The notes below the pieces were generated by a model, which saw only the letters and a list, made by a program, of their open reading frames with translations, did not search any database and was not told where the DNA came from. This document shows, in pieces, positions 25,605 to 38,728 of a DNA stretch of 64,000 nucleotides (positions within the stretch are counted from its first letter, which is position 1; every line of letters begins with the position of its first letter). The position numbers were made by a program, and so were the translations under genes. Source of the DNA: Octopus sinensis (taxonomy: Eukaryota). The stretch lies in NCBI RefSeq assembly GCF_006345805.1, contig NC_042997.1:129270001-129334000 (forward strand). The letters are read 5' to 3'.

Positions 25605-25825
25605 GTTAGCTAGCAGAATCGTTAGCATGTTGAGCAAAACACTTAACAGCATTTTGATCATCTTTATGTTGAGTTCAAATTCTACCAAGGTTGGCTTTTT
25701 GCCTTTTGTCCTTTCAGGGTCAATCAAATAGTACCAATCAAACACTGGGGGTTGATATAATCAACTAGCCACCCAACTGTCTTGAACTTGCTGGCCTTGT
25801 GCTAAAATTTGAAACCATTATTATT
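25605..25825 (+). mobile_element. tRNA-derived SINE family C
   Basis: GCAGAATCGTTAGCA...GAGTTCAAAT...GGCCTTGTGCTAAAATTTGAAACC with (ATT)n tail. Copies near 20400, 43870, 44002, 51470, 56880. Confidence 0.75.
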
Positions 25826-26254
25826 GACACTGTAATGAGGTACTATTTAGTTAACTTCACCTAAAAATAGTACCATATGCACTACTTTGCCACATAATAT
25901 GCAAGAATTCTCTAAAGGTATAATCCTTGGCTGCAATTTACAATTGTTTAAAAGAATCATCATCCTTACCATTTTAACATCCACTTTTCCATGCTTGCAT
26001 TGGTCGGATGATGCTTACTGAGACAGATTTTTCTACGTCTGGATGGCCTTCCTGTTGCCAACTTTCACCTGTTTCCAAGCACGAGAATATTTCCCCAAGA
26101 GCAGACGTGTTTTTGCAGAATAGTGAAAATGAATGACGCTGCTTGTATGACAGTGACTCATTTGCAACTACCATGTCACATTGACCACAAACATACACAC
26201 ACACACACACATATATATACATGTGTATGTGTATATATATATATACATATTCTT

Positions 26255-26625
26255 TACTCTTATTTGTTTCAGTCACATGATTGTGGCCATGCTGGAGCAC
26301 TGCCTTTAGTCGAACAACTCAACCCCAGGACTTATTCTTTGTAAACGTAATACTTATTCTCTCTGTCTCTTTTGCCGAACCAAGTTACGGGGACATAAAC
26401 ACACCTGCATCGGTTATCAAGTGATGGTCGGGGTGGGGTGGGGGTGCACTGAGATATATATATATACATATATATACATGATGGGCTTCTTTCAGTTTCC
26501 GTCTACGAAATCCACCCACAAGGCTTTGGTCAGCCCGCGGCTACAGAAGGTGCCACGCAGTGGAACTGAACTCAGAGTCATGTGGTTGGTAAGCAAGCTA
26601 CTTACCACACAGCCACTCCTGCACT
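26255..26625 (-). mobile_element. SINE family A
   Basis: Near full-length copy with internal (TA)n. Confidence 0.88.
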
Positions 26626-26728
26626 TGTATGTATATATTAATATTTGTTTTTATGTTCAGTTGTAATAAAAACAATTTTAGATTAATTTGATGGGTTACT
26701 CTATACTTTTGCAGAGTACAAGTTTATT

Positions 26729-26873
26729 ATTCTTATACAAGAATGTTGTTAACAGCAACTTCGAAGTTTTGCCCAGCTAGGCCATTGTTGAACTGCTCAC
26801 ATTTTCCCATTCAAACAATGGCTAGCTGGCCAAAGCTTCAAAGTCACTATCAACAACATTCTTGTATAAGAAT
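26729..26873. repeat. 145-bp fold-back inverted repeat
   Basis: Perfect terminal 22 bp, imperfect arms of about 64 bp, 17-nt loop. Confidence 0.9.
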
Positions 26874-27189
26874 TAAAATATACACACACACACATAATGA
26901 GCTACTTTTAGCTTCTCTCTACCAAATCCACTCACAAGGTCTTGGTTGGCCCAGGGCTACTGTAGAAGACATCCAAGGTGCCACGTAGTTGAGAAGTAAA
27001 CTTCTTAACCACACACCAATTATATATGTACTATACACACACACTCTCAATGTAAATTTATTTACACCTCCACAAACTTTAATTAATACACATTGCCAGC
27101 AAATGTATTGATATGCAAATGAACAAAAGTAGTGCCCATTGTTTGTTGCAGTTTTCATAAATAGTTGGTGTCTGTCTGTCGCTTTCTTT

Positions 27190-27227
<38 letters not shown>

Positions 27228-30149
27228 GGCTAAAGAAATAAACATCTATGATGAGCTGGTAATGATCAGACAAAATTAGCTGAGCTATTCTTCATTTCAT
27301 CTTGCAATGAGAGCCGTGTAGTTTAAGACCTGGGTCTTTTTGCAGAACATGGCTAAATATATGTTTATTTATTAAATGTATACATGTAAATATATTTACA
27401 ATCTGTCACAAAGTCCAAATGCCTGAATATGCCAAATGAAGAGATATGAATAGTGTTTTTAGTGTAGGAAAAACATTTGGATAAACTGACTCTGTATTGG
27501 ATTTGGGCTAATCAGAGACACCAAAATGAAACGGAAACATGATGTGGAATCCCCTTTCTGTGACCATGGAATGGTCTAGCCCAAGAGTCACATGCTGGTT
27601 TGTTCTTCATTGGATTCTGGATGATTTGAGAGTACAAAGTATGAAGATTTCATTAAAATATATAAAGATTTGATGCAGACATTAAATAATAATCTAACTT
27701 AATCTAGATGGTAACATCAAACCATAGACACTAAGTCTATAGCATCATGATGATCTCTCACACACACACACACGATTTTTTGTTTCCAGGAGAGCCCAAG
27801 GAATTCATTGACTCTCAAATGGTCAAGTAGTAGTCTATCTCCCTGTTCTAGTAGAATCCCAACTATCACTATGCTGTCTCTTTATTTAGGTAGAGAATCT
27901 AAGATAGCATTATCCAATGTATACTACCATTTTCGAAGAACATGAAAGTTAACTGTTATTTCTAACAACTCAAATTACCAGGTTTATGCTCCCTTTTTTT
28001 AGCTTGAATCTGGTTAAGTTGATGCAGTTGATGTTTTCTTTGTGTTTGCATAGATTGATATACGTAGGGAGAACAACCAAAGAGAGCTCTGACATGTATT
28101 TATTTCATAGAGAGGTTGGCAAAGTGCCTGGAGTGGGGTTTGGGGGATTAGACAGTAGGGATAGCAAAAATAAAATAGCTTTGCTCTTCTCATCAAGCAA
28201 GCTACATACTATAACTTCACAGTGTCTCTTCTCACTGAATCCCTACTGATTATTCACACACACTAAACACTTTACCCAATTCTTCTTGCTCCCTGGAATT
28301 TCTTATTAGCTCACATTTGCCCAGTAGGTGTCAAACCTACATAACATCAAGCTGAACATCACCAGTCTAGGTAGTGCTGTTTTAGTAGTATTACAGGCAA
28401 ATCACTGTACAAGGCCCTTATTAACATGCCAATTATACATAGATCAGAACTGGGCCCCTAGACCTGTGAGGTCCCATGGCAATTGCCCAGTGTGTCCATG
28501 CTTTGAAACAGCACCGAGTCTCGGAAAGCCTTCTGAATTTGTTGAGTCTTCTCCTCCCATGACTAATTTTTCCCATGATTAATTAATAATAATGTCAGTT
28601 CAAAAAGTGAAAGGAATTGTTGCAGAAACAAAAAAGACGGAGAGTGAGTATGTTAAGTGTATTGATTGTTGTTGTGGGTTGGATGGTGAAAGGTTGTTAA
28701 TTAGACGTTTCTTTTACATGATTTACAATTTCTCTGATAGCAGTTGAAACACAGCTATAGGTGATTAAGCAGACCCAAATGAAGAGATTACCTATGCCTT
28801 TAGTACAGTCAAAGTAGTTTATGGTCAGAGAGACGGTCTAACCAACGAGATCTGTTACAAATATATTGTTCACTATAAGAGATCAGTTATTGTAAGGCCT
28901 ACGATATGTAAAGTTTGTAATGGGTTTAGTGATGCATTTAGGATATATACAATACTGAATATTTCTTTGAAATGTGTAATACTAACTGTGCTTTAATACC
29001 GATTATGGTAACCAGAATATCAGGTCTCTACTGAAGGTTGCTTTTTATCATGAAAGCAATGTACATATGGCTTACATTTAAATGTATACAAAAGGTTATC
29101 GAGGCGTGAGGAGTGTATTTGATGGCAGCAGCAGTAAGTCGTTTTTATGAAGAAACTAAAATGTGGAAGAATAACTGAATTTAGAGTCCACCAATGTTAG
29201 AAGTACAGAAGTGCCGAGATGGAATGGCCCGAAGACATACATGAAGCACGAACAGGCAATTTTGCAAAGTTTCTCATACCTAAACACATCAAAGGTTTGT
29301 TTGATATCTAAGGTAAATGTATAAATATCCATGTCATATATATATGAAACAAGGATAGTATTATTTGATTTGATATCTTAATGCCTGGTATTTTTTTTTT
29401 TTTTGTAACAGATTTCTTGTTTCATCGCCTGTACAAGAATATGGTAATCACTACTATAGCAGAGGTAAAGAATATGCACACCACCCATTTTCGGTATAAC
29501 CCTAACCCTAAACACCGGGTGTGCCTATTCTTTACTTTCATCCACTACTATATTGGATTAAACAATATTTATGCCTATGTTCAGGCCTTTCGATCGATTG
29601 CATCAGCAAAAGTGTAAACATCAATGAGAAAAACCATGAAGCGGTGCCTTCGAACAAAACTACCTTGAAGTATTTGTTCCGCTCGAGTTGCACGAAAGGC
29701 TCCCTTGTTACTAACGCCCCTAAAAACTGAACTAGAGGAGATATCTCTTTTGAAACCTGTAACCAGTCACGCTACTGTTCACAAAACATGAAGATATAAA
29801 CTTTGAATAAAAATAAACCATACCGTGATTAATGAAAAGAGAGGAGTTCAAAGTAACTAACATGTACTGTGTAGTTTTAAAGAAAATTGAGAATAAAATT
29901 GGGTAGGATGATTATACAATAAGATAGATTCAGCTATGATAAAAACATATCATTCAAGAATCTAGAAAAAGCACCAGAATCCATTTCTTCTTTATGTTTA
30001 ATGATGGTTATAAAAGATAGGTCAATAAGAGTCACAGAGAGTCCCTTGTTCATTTTTCGATACGGATTTAACGGCAATTTGGTAGATTTGATAGTGATGT
30101 TGAATAAATATATAATAAATAACCTAAGTAAAAAGTTTCTTGAGTCCCT

Positions 30150-31060
30150 TTAACAGAGGTTAAGAAACCGTTACTCTCTCCACTCCAATAATACAACAAA
30201 AGTTACCAACTACTGGTATATCCACCCAGTACACCAAAAGAGGTTACCACAAACTATCAATCTGTATCCACACCAGTAATGCATCAGAAATGATTAGAAA
30301 CCCTACTAATATAACTGAAAATGTCACAAAATCCTATTCTATCCACTCTGATAACAAAGGTCACTAAAAACCCTTGTTCGCCAACTCCAGCAATACGAAT
30401 GTTATATACCGTTAGTATATGTTCCTCGATATTACAATAATGATTACCACAAACGAATAGCATGTTTACGTCAGTAATCTGCAGACCTTGCATTTAAACC
30501 CATTGAATAACACAAGAAGTTACCACAAAAATAAACAATCTATCCACCCCAGTAACGCAACAAGAGGTTATCTCAAATCACAGGTGTCTATCCTACACAA
30601 ACTATACCTACCTCAATAATAGAACAAATGTTATTATAAACCACTGGTGTATATTACTACTACAAATCATACCCAATCTATCCACCCCCAGATATACAGC
30701 AAAGGTTACAATATACTACTTATTAATCTCCATGATACAAATATTATCACCAAACAACTAGCATATGAAACAATGATTCATAAACCACTAGTCAGTTGAC
30801 TCGAGTAATGCAACAAAGATTACTACTACAAATCATACCCAGTCTATCCACCTTAGTAATTACAGCAAAGATTACCACATACCACGAGTCTACACACCTC
30901 AATAAACGTTATCACAAACCAATGAGACAGCCACCCAATAATACAACAGAGGTTACTACCACAAACTCTAATGTCTCTCCATCCTAGTATTACAGTAGCG
31001 GTAAATACAATCTCTATCCACCTCAATGATACAAGAAATTGCCACAAATCATCATTATCA
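30150..31060 (+). repeat. Decayed tandem repeat of about 40-48 bp
   Basis: Recurrent TCTATCCAC..CA(G/A)TAATACAACA.AGGTTAC.ACAAA. Anchors at 30180, 30222, 30268, 30343, 30544, 30682, 30848, 30931 and 31018. Confidence 0.8.
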
Positions 31061-32099
31061 AATATGAAAGGATTCAACGATAGTGAGAACAACCAAATCA
31101 AACACTCAGTCATGGTCCAATGATGAAAGACTTACTGAAACTATAATTAATGGATTGTTTAGCTGCGAACTAAATTTTCTGTAAGAGTGGATAAACCGTC
31201 AACAACAGTAACTGCTATTGCAAAAAACTATATATACTTAATTGTTGACTGAAACTACCTGATAACAGCACCTTCGTTTAATCTCCAACCAGCCTTTTTT
31301 ATTATTATTATTAATATAACATAGCCCACTCTATTTTGTCTATATAACGATTATAAACACAGAATTGACTTGAATTAAAAGTGTCCCCCGTCTTAAAAAA
31401 AGGAGGGAGTAAAGTTTTAAAAAAAAACGGATTGATTAAATCAAAACAAGTGAGAGGACAAGAGAAGACATAAAAATGCTGCAGGCTAAAAGTAATTATC
31501 GATCCTTTTACAAACAGCTGCTGATTAAAGGAGTACTGCCACCCACATCTACCAGACATTTATTGCTTTCCTTGATGGTGGTAAAATGAAAATTCACAAG
31601 AGATTTCTTATCTGATGCCCCACTGTCATATAACTCATTCATTTAATAATAAATAAAAGGTGGTTGGGGAGGGGGCAAAAGGAAGTCTTGCCAGTCGAAA
31701 TTCGGAAATATTCCATATATTTTCTAAAATCTAACTTTGGTGAATTAAGATGTAACTCACCGGAACATTACACTGACCTCGAGGCAAACATAACATGCTC
31801 CCTAAAGAAATATACAGAGCGCAATATTATACAGTGCTCTGTATATTTCATCCATCACCACTACTACCAGCTTAATGTGAGTTCACAGTTTAATCACCTC
31901 CGTTAGATAAACATATCTCTTCAAACCCTTCTCTTACCATTTCTATTCTATCAATGATTTCTGCAGCCTCCTCCACCATCAGCACTCTTGGCGCTCACAG
32001 GTTAAACTGTTTAGAATAACAATAATACAGGCGATGAATGGTAGCACAGCAGAAAATGTCAACAATAGTCAGGGAATTCAGCAGGGAAATGTTAGGAAG

Positions 32100-33200
32100 A
32101 AAGAGAGCTACATCATTATTAACAATAATTGTAGCCAACAACTGGCCATCGAGTTGAGGGAAACTTATATGGTTCCATAAACCTATGTTGGCGGCGAACG
32201 AAACCTGTTTGGGGTCGAATGTGTCAGGGAAGTTTAATAAAAGTGCAAACTGAGTATATTTAGTCTAACAGTGTTTGTAGGAAGACAGGAGACTTCGAAT
32301 AAAACAAAAATGTCCAAACTGTGGAACTAGTTTCAATAATATTTATGTTCCGTTTGTTAAAAAAAACTTGCCGCAATGTTATGGTGAATATATTGATAGA
32401 CGTTACTAAAGTGCGATGCTCGGGCGAATTCAAACTATTAAACCATGTAAGACATGGATAGATGTATTAGATACAATGTAAGAGAATAAAGTCTAAGAAG
32501 TAACCGAGATATAAAACAAAAATTCTATATTTCATAAAAATATCATTAACAGTAATCTTCAGAAATTTAGAGGGGCAGATGTTATTGGGAGGAACAGTAA
32601 ATATAGTGAGTGAATGAGATATCTAAACATTTACACAGAAAAATAGGTGACACGTAGAGTGGAACTGTGTTAGACAAACATATATTGTGTAGCAAGCAGG
32701 GTATTGACTCGGAACATTTTTTTTCCTTCGGAGGCGAGAAGAGAGGGGGTTAAACAAGGGATAGCCGGGGGAAATAACTTGTATAAAGATTAGGAAAGAA
32801 TTAAATAGCAACAGATAACACAACTACCTGTCTCCGGTCGAATTCACACCTCCCGTTTTTTCCATGTTGTATGGTAATCTGCAGGACAAGCCAAAATATA
32901 ATCCTGGCAGTAAGTTTAATAATCCTGCCGAATTTCAGTGGTCTCCATTGTGGCCGGCAATGCAAGGAGAATGCCGTGGTGTAGTCGTGGCAGAACCTAA
33001 TGCCAATGACGCTGCTGACAGACCCATCAACACCTCCCTACTACCACGGAAAGTACAATTACAGTAGAAGAGAGAAAGAAATAATATACAGTGACAGCAC
33101 TGCTAAGGCGGTGCACACTCAAGGAATTATTCCAAGTCAGTCGGTGTGGAGTTTAACAAACTGTACTCAAAAACACCACAGTAACACACACCACTTTCAT
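32100..33200 (-). promoter_or_regulatory. Putative intragenic promoter (CpG-retaining, repeat-poor island)
   Basis: Hand count of about 29 CpG in 32101-33180, versus about 5 in 18001-19080 and about 2 in 42001-43080. Confidence 0.4.
32828..32878 (-). CDS. Candidate alternative in-frame ATP9 exon or alternative start (LPYNMEKTGGVNSTGD)
   Basis: Acceptor TTTTGGCTTGTCCTGCAG, donor CAG|GTAGTT, 51 nt, phase 2-2, open in the ATP9 frame. Internal ATG in ACAACATGG context. No homology support. Confidence 0.45.
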
Positions 33201-36200
33201 ACAATTTCACTGACTCTATATTACAATCCTGACTTAAACTTTGTTTCACATTTTTTCTTTCCCAAAAGTATTCAGCTTATAAATATAAATAAATGTTTCC
33301 TCAAAGCTTTATATCAATAATTCTGTTGGATTTTTCTTTCTTTCTTTCTTTCTTTTTTTGTTGCTTTTTATTGGTCCAGAAAGGGGTGTGGAGAAAGTAT
33401 TAAATATTATCCGCTGTTGAAATTGTTATCAAAGTATAATTATTACTTTATATACTAACAGAAATGGTACATAGGATAATTTGGTGACATGTAATATCGA
33501 TTTTTCTTAGATACAAGACCCATTGATTAGATGATGGTGGGTGTCACCTAATGACTCGACTTCAATATATTCCTTTTATTTATCCAGCCTCTAAGTAGTC
33601 GCTCGAGGTGCTAGAAATAACAACCAAATCCCTTCGATCCACACTACCATCCATCCTCCCAAAAAGGGATGCATTAACTAGTGTGACACCGGATATATTA
33701 TTCCTGAAAGAAAAAGTGATATGACGATAGCTAGAATGCCTTTATGCCTTTAATCATAGGTGCATTCAATCAAGGTTGACTTGAGACTAAACAACAGCTG
33801 ATATTTATGTTCATCTCAACGCAAGGAGACAAACGAACAGATTTAACATATACAGGATTTGAACTCAGAACTATCAGATAGCAAATTTGATACAGTGAAG
33901 TGTCCAACCCAATTCTATATCCTTCATAGCAAATTTTATTAATGATTGGCTACGACATCTGATACCTCCCACTTGCAATATCATCATACTTAAGTGAAAG
34001 TTACCCCATCAACTACAGTTAATGAAGGTTTGAAAAGAGTTAAGTGGGTTTAATAACCAGCTGGAATAAACGAATCCCAAAACCCAGTCTACAGAAACAT
34101 GTCGATTCTCGTCACAAGTAATAGAATAAGAAACTATCATATTTTGAAAACACACACTCGCACACATATTAATTCCGTCTCCACAGACAAAACCACCTCT
34201 TCATGATCATCCCACCTACTAGAAACTATAAAACCTCCAGCAAACAATATCCTCAACCTTTTAAAGGCAGTGCACATGAGACAATGTCCTAGATATATAA
34301 AAAGACAGGATGGTCACAAATGAAACTACTTTGTTCATTGGTCAGCTTGATTAGAGTTGGCCTGGGGCTAAATAACAACTAGAACTCCTAACAATCCTCA
34401 TTAAAGATACTAGAATTTTCAGTTTATTATTCTCAGCTTCAAATAAATATATAATCACTAATCTAATACATTAACCTAACTCTATCAAGGTTGTAGAACA
34501 TAGGATGTCACTCCAGATTATTCAAGTAGAGTTGTACAGTGGAACATCAACTCTCAATAGATGACATCTGAGATTCGATGTTAATTCTTTAGTGGAAAAT
34601 GCTAATTCTGTTGGGAAGGGCATGTCTGTTTCAACTTCCTGCATATATTCCAGGTCATCAAATGATCATTACAATACACCAGTAATCACATAGTTTGAAT
34701 GAGAGCTCCCATAACTTACCCAGAAAACTGGTACCTCAAGTATAAATAGACTAAATTGATGTTGGTAGTCTAAAAATGACTAAAATATTTGATTTAGATA
34801 CTTTGATACCAACCCATCTATGACTACCTCTGGTTTTAGAATTGGGACTTGGCATTGCTCTATATAACTTACGGAACCCTGTCAAACTGTCCAACCCAAA
34901 CAAGCATGGAAAATTAACATTAATGATGATGATGAATTCATGACAGTCCTTTCTTTTTTAAGAGCCTTTGGTTAGGTTAAATTCTCAAATGCCATCTTAA
35001 CAAAAGAGTGATTTTACTAAATCCTATGTTCAAAATTAAATGGAAACATAGACAAAGTATTTTATTAGAGATATGGTTCTGAAAGGGTTAAACGGAAAGA
35101 TCTTATATATTTATAGACAAGCTATCAGCTAATCAGTCATTTCATAACTAAAACAATATACAACTGACCATTTAACAGCTATTACAATAGACAACAGAAC
35201 ATCTAACAACAACAGACAATAGTTCTTAATTAGATATGTGTATGACAGTTCTGTTATCAATTAATGTCCAAAATATTTTTGAAATGGAAAAATGAAAAAA
35301 AGATTAAAGCTTGGAAAGCCATTAGAATTAGTAGGCTCATTCTGGTATGAGTAGGGGTATACTGAAAATGAAAGCAAAATCACACAAGTGTGTGTGTGTG
35401 TGTGTGTTAGTAGTTGAAATGTATTTTCGGTGATACCTTTCATGTGAGGAGAAATAACTATTTTAATAAAAAAGTAAAATAGCAGAACAGTGAGAAAAGT
35501 GCTAGAAATAAGCTTCAAAGACCAAAGTTTATAGAAATAGTAACTGACTAGATCAAAGTTTTCTTTAATACATGAAACATATTTACATAACACTATGGAA
35601 AATTTAACTCTTAAAAATAACATTTCAACTTGTAAGCTAATAAACATGTCCATTTGCAAACTGAGACACTTCATTAATCTTACTAAGTTCACCTTCCCAA
35701 TCCTCACTGGAAAACTATGCAAAACCTATTATTTGAGAGTTAATAATTGTGTCAAGGTTCTATTTATTTGAATCAAGGTATGGTGGCTAGAAAAATTAAA
35801 GTGAGGGCAAATTAAGGGCCATAGAGTAGCATTAGCATGTCTCTTATATAAAGCAGGGCTTACCATATTGGCTGAGCTGGACCCAAGTAAGCATTAGTTG
35901 AGTAATTTTTGAGACAAAGCAACACTGTCGTTGGACAAATGGAGGTCTAATAAGATCAAACAGACATGTCTAGAGTTGTGACTTGTATAGTTTCATAGTA
36001 TCCTGCACTGACTCAGTGAAACTGGATCAGTGACTAGATTGCATGTGTATGATGAAAATTTTGAAATTTCATCTTTCTTTTAATGTCTCATTTTCCAAGC
36101 TAACATAATTAGATAAGAGTTATCTATGACCAGATGCCCTTTCTGTCGCCAGCCAGCTGCTTGTTTCTAATCAGGATAATAATCTCACGGTCTCACAACA

Positions 36201-37894
36201 AATAACAAACAACCTGGGCAGATTTATGCAGAGAACTGCAACCAAATGACACCATCAACAAGGCCAGTGTTCACGACCAGCAAACACATGTAAAGACAAG
36301 GGAAATAGAAACTCATACAAACACAGTCATGTATGCATGCCCCACCCCTTCATGATAGATCGTTAGCCACTACACACATTTTTTTTCTCTCCTTGTATGG
36401 CTTCAGTTTGCCTGGTTCTACAGTAGAGATACATGCCAATGTATCACACAGTTTGACTGAATCTAAAGACACAAAGAGGAGAAGCAAACTTTTTAACCAC
36501 ACAGCCATGCCTGAGCCTATATAGCCATGAAATAAATTAAAATTTAGTGTAAATTTAATACCTTTTTATGTGTTCAAATAATTTATCCATTATGTAGTTA
36601 CTTCAGTTTTAACACACTGTCTCAGATGAAGTAAAACTCCAAAATGTCTAGAATTATCTTCCATAAAGCCGAAATTATTGAAGTAATATTAGTCATTAAG
36701 CAAATGCTGTATTTTCATCACCATATAATTATTTTTGATAAACTTTTTCATGCAGGTGCAAGCATTGCTTTGTATTTGAGAAGTTAGTTTCCCAACCTCA
36801 CAGTTTTGGGTTCAGCCATACTGCATGGCATCTGCTACAGCTTTGGACCAACCAGGGTGGCTTTTATTTCCCAAACTGTCAAACGCTTAAGCAGTATTAT
36901 GTAGAATAATCTTTATTTCTTACATAGTAGAACTGGGGGGATGTGGTTCACAGAAAAGACTTGGCTCTGACAACATAATCTCCAAATATGAGTTATAGCC
37001 TCTACAGCAAATATTACAACTTTAGTTAATCCACTCACAGCAAAGAAAACCTAGCAACACTATCAATAACACCAACCTTTCTTTCGATGATTCATATATC
37101 ATGTGATAGGCAAATACTCTCCCTTCCTTATACTAGGTATCAAACTGTAGCATTATTTACTGAATAAAGTCTTTGGTATACCAATCTCTTATATTTACTA
37201 CATATGAAAGTTTATTCAACAATTTAAATGTAGATAGAGTTCAATGTACTGAAAGTTTCACTACAAATCCCCTTTCAATGAACATGAGCCTCTTCATAAT
37301 TCAAATATTGGTCATGTTCATTTAAAAAATTTTCTTGCCACTGTTTTTAATCCTGACAAAATACACAGCCTTGTAAACTTCACGTTCCATGAAATACTCG
37401 AGTTTATCACAGATTGCAACAATTATGAGGATATGATTAATTGCCAAAAGGATTATTTACATTGAACTGGTTAACAAAGTTATTGTGAGACATGAGGTTA
37501 TAATTCACAAACAATAACTAACTGAATTGATTTCTTCAGGCCTTCAAACTCTTGGCTAAAGAATGCAACTTCAAGACAGTACCATCTGAACTGTACACAA
37601 AAATATTTGATAATGGAATCTTTTATTTCTGGAATAATGTTGAATGCTATAAAACTCAGAGCAGTCAAAAGTAAAACACTAAACTGGGAAACATCTGTAT
37701 CACAAATCAGAGTATTGGACATAAAAGCAAAGAATACAATCAAGATATCCTCTTAAATCTTACTACAGTTATAAAGGTGAGCACTGAGCAAGAAACTGTA
37801 TCAGTAACTGCTTCAATGAAATAGAAAAGAGTAGGAGAGAGAGTACAGACTTGACTGTAGAAAATATCCTGTAAAAGATGTCATATGTCACAAG

Positions 37895-38150
37895 TCATCA
37901 TCATCGTTTAACATCTGCTTTCCATGCCAGCACAAGGCTCCAATCTTGATCTGGCAGAGTTTCTACAGCTGGATGCCCTTCCTAACGCCAACCACTCCGA
38001 GAGTGTAGTGGGTGCTTTTTACGTGCCACCGGCATGTGGGCCAGTCAGGCAGTACTGGCAATGACCTCACTCGAATCTTTTACACATGCCACCAGCACAG
38101 GTGCCAGTAAGGCAACGTTGGTAATGATCACACTCGAATGGTGCCCGTGA
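37895..38150 (-). mobile_element. RTE 3'-end / SINE copy
   Basis: (CAT)n tail at the left end and family body. Confidence 0.85.
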
Positions 38151-38364
38151 AGAAAAATAGGTCCTTATTCTTGAGTGTGCAAATCACATAATGAACCCAA
38201 AAAGGTCCTTTATAAACCTAGTAATAACTCACTCTCCAGCACATTAAATTCTTCAACTAAGTTTTTCAGGTTTATTTGAACATACTTTGACTTGTGCACT
38301 CTTTAATAAGGTAATTAACAATCAATCAATGTAAGCTTTAGTTGACAATGGAAATACTGACAAC

Positions 38365-38728
38365 TTGTGCACCTTTTCAAACTCCATCTGTCTAACACCC
38401 GTGGACATGTTTACAAAGTCAGAAAACAGCACAGCTCCCATCCTTTTGGAAACATTTTTTCACGCTAAGAGTTGCTGAAGTATGGAACAAACTGCCGACA
38501 TCAGTTGTTAGTTGTCAGAGCACTGCATCCTTCAAAACTTCCATGCTTCCTGAGATTTGCCAACACAACACCTCATTTTCTCCCCTCCATACACACGCAA
38601 GCATGTATCTGACTCATACACTGTTCACTTTTCAGACATTTGTACATTACTGCATATGCTTTATACGCACTTTTGACAAGTTGTGGTGCACCTGAGCACT
38701 GTATACAATAATTTCATTATTATTATAT
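38365..38728 (+). mobile_element. CR1 3' end, same family as 11040
   Basis: High similarity to 11130-11481. (ATT)n tail. Confidence 0.9.

Noticed and set aside
28592-30280. Nested plus-strand gene (ATG 28592 with GTGAGT donor at 28644, possible exon about 29184-29293, acceptor about 30156)
   Set aside because: Phases can be made to fit, but the middle acceptor lacks a pyrimidine tract, the product has no recognisable homology and it terminates early. Likely chance.
32864-33067. 67-aa plus-strand ORF in the CpG island
   Set aside because: No homology recognised. ORF length is expected by chance at the higher local GC, and the minus-strand exon explains the region better.
36600-36690. Hammerhead-ribozyme-like motif (CAGATGAAG...CCAAAATGTC); also CTGATGAG near 13335
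   Set aside because: The catalytic core CUGAUGA/GAAA is mutated or the stems are missing. At best a decayed Penelope-type relic.
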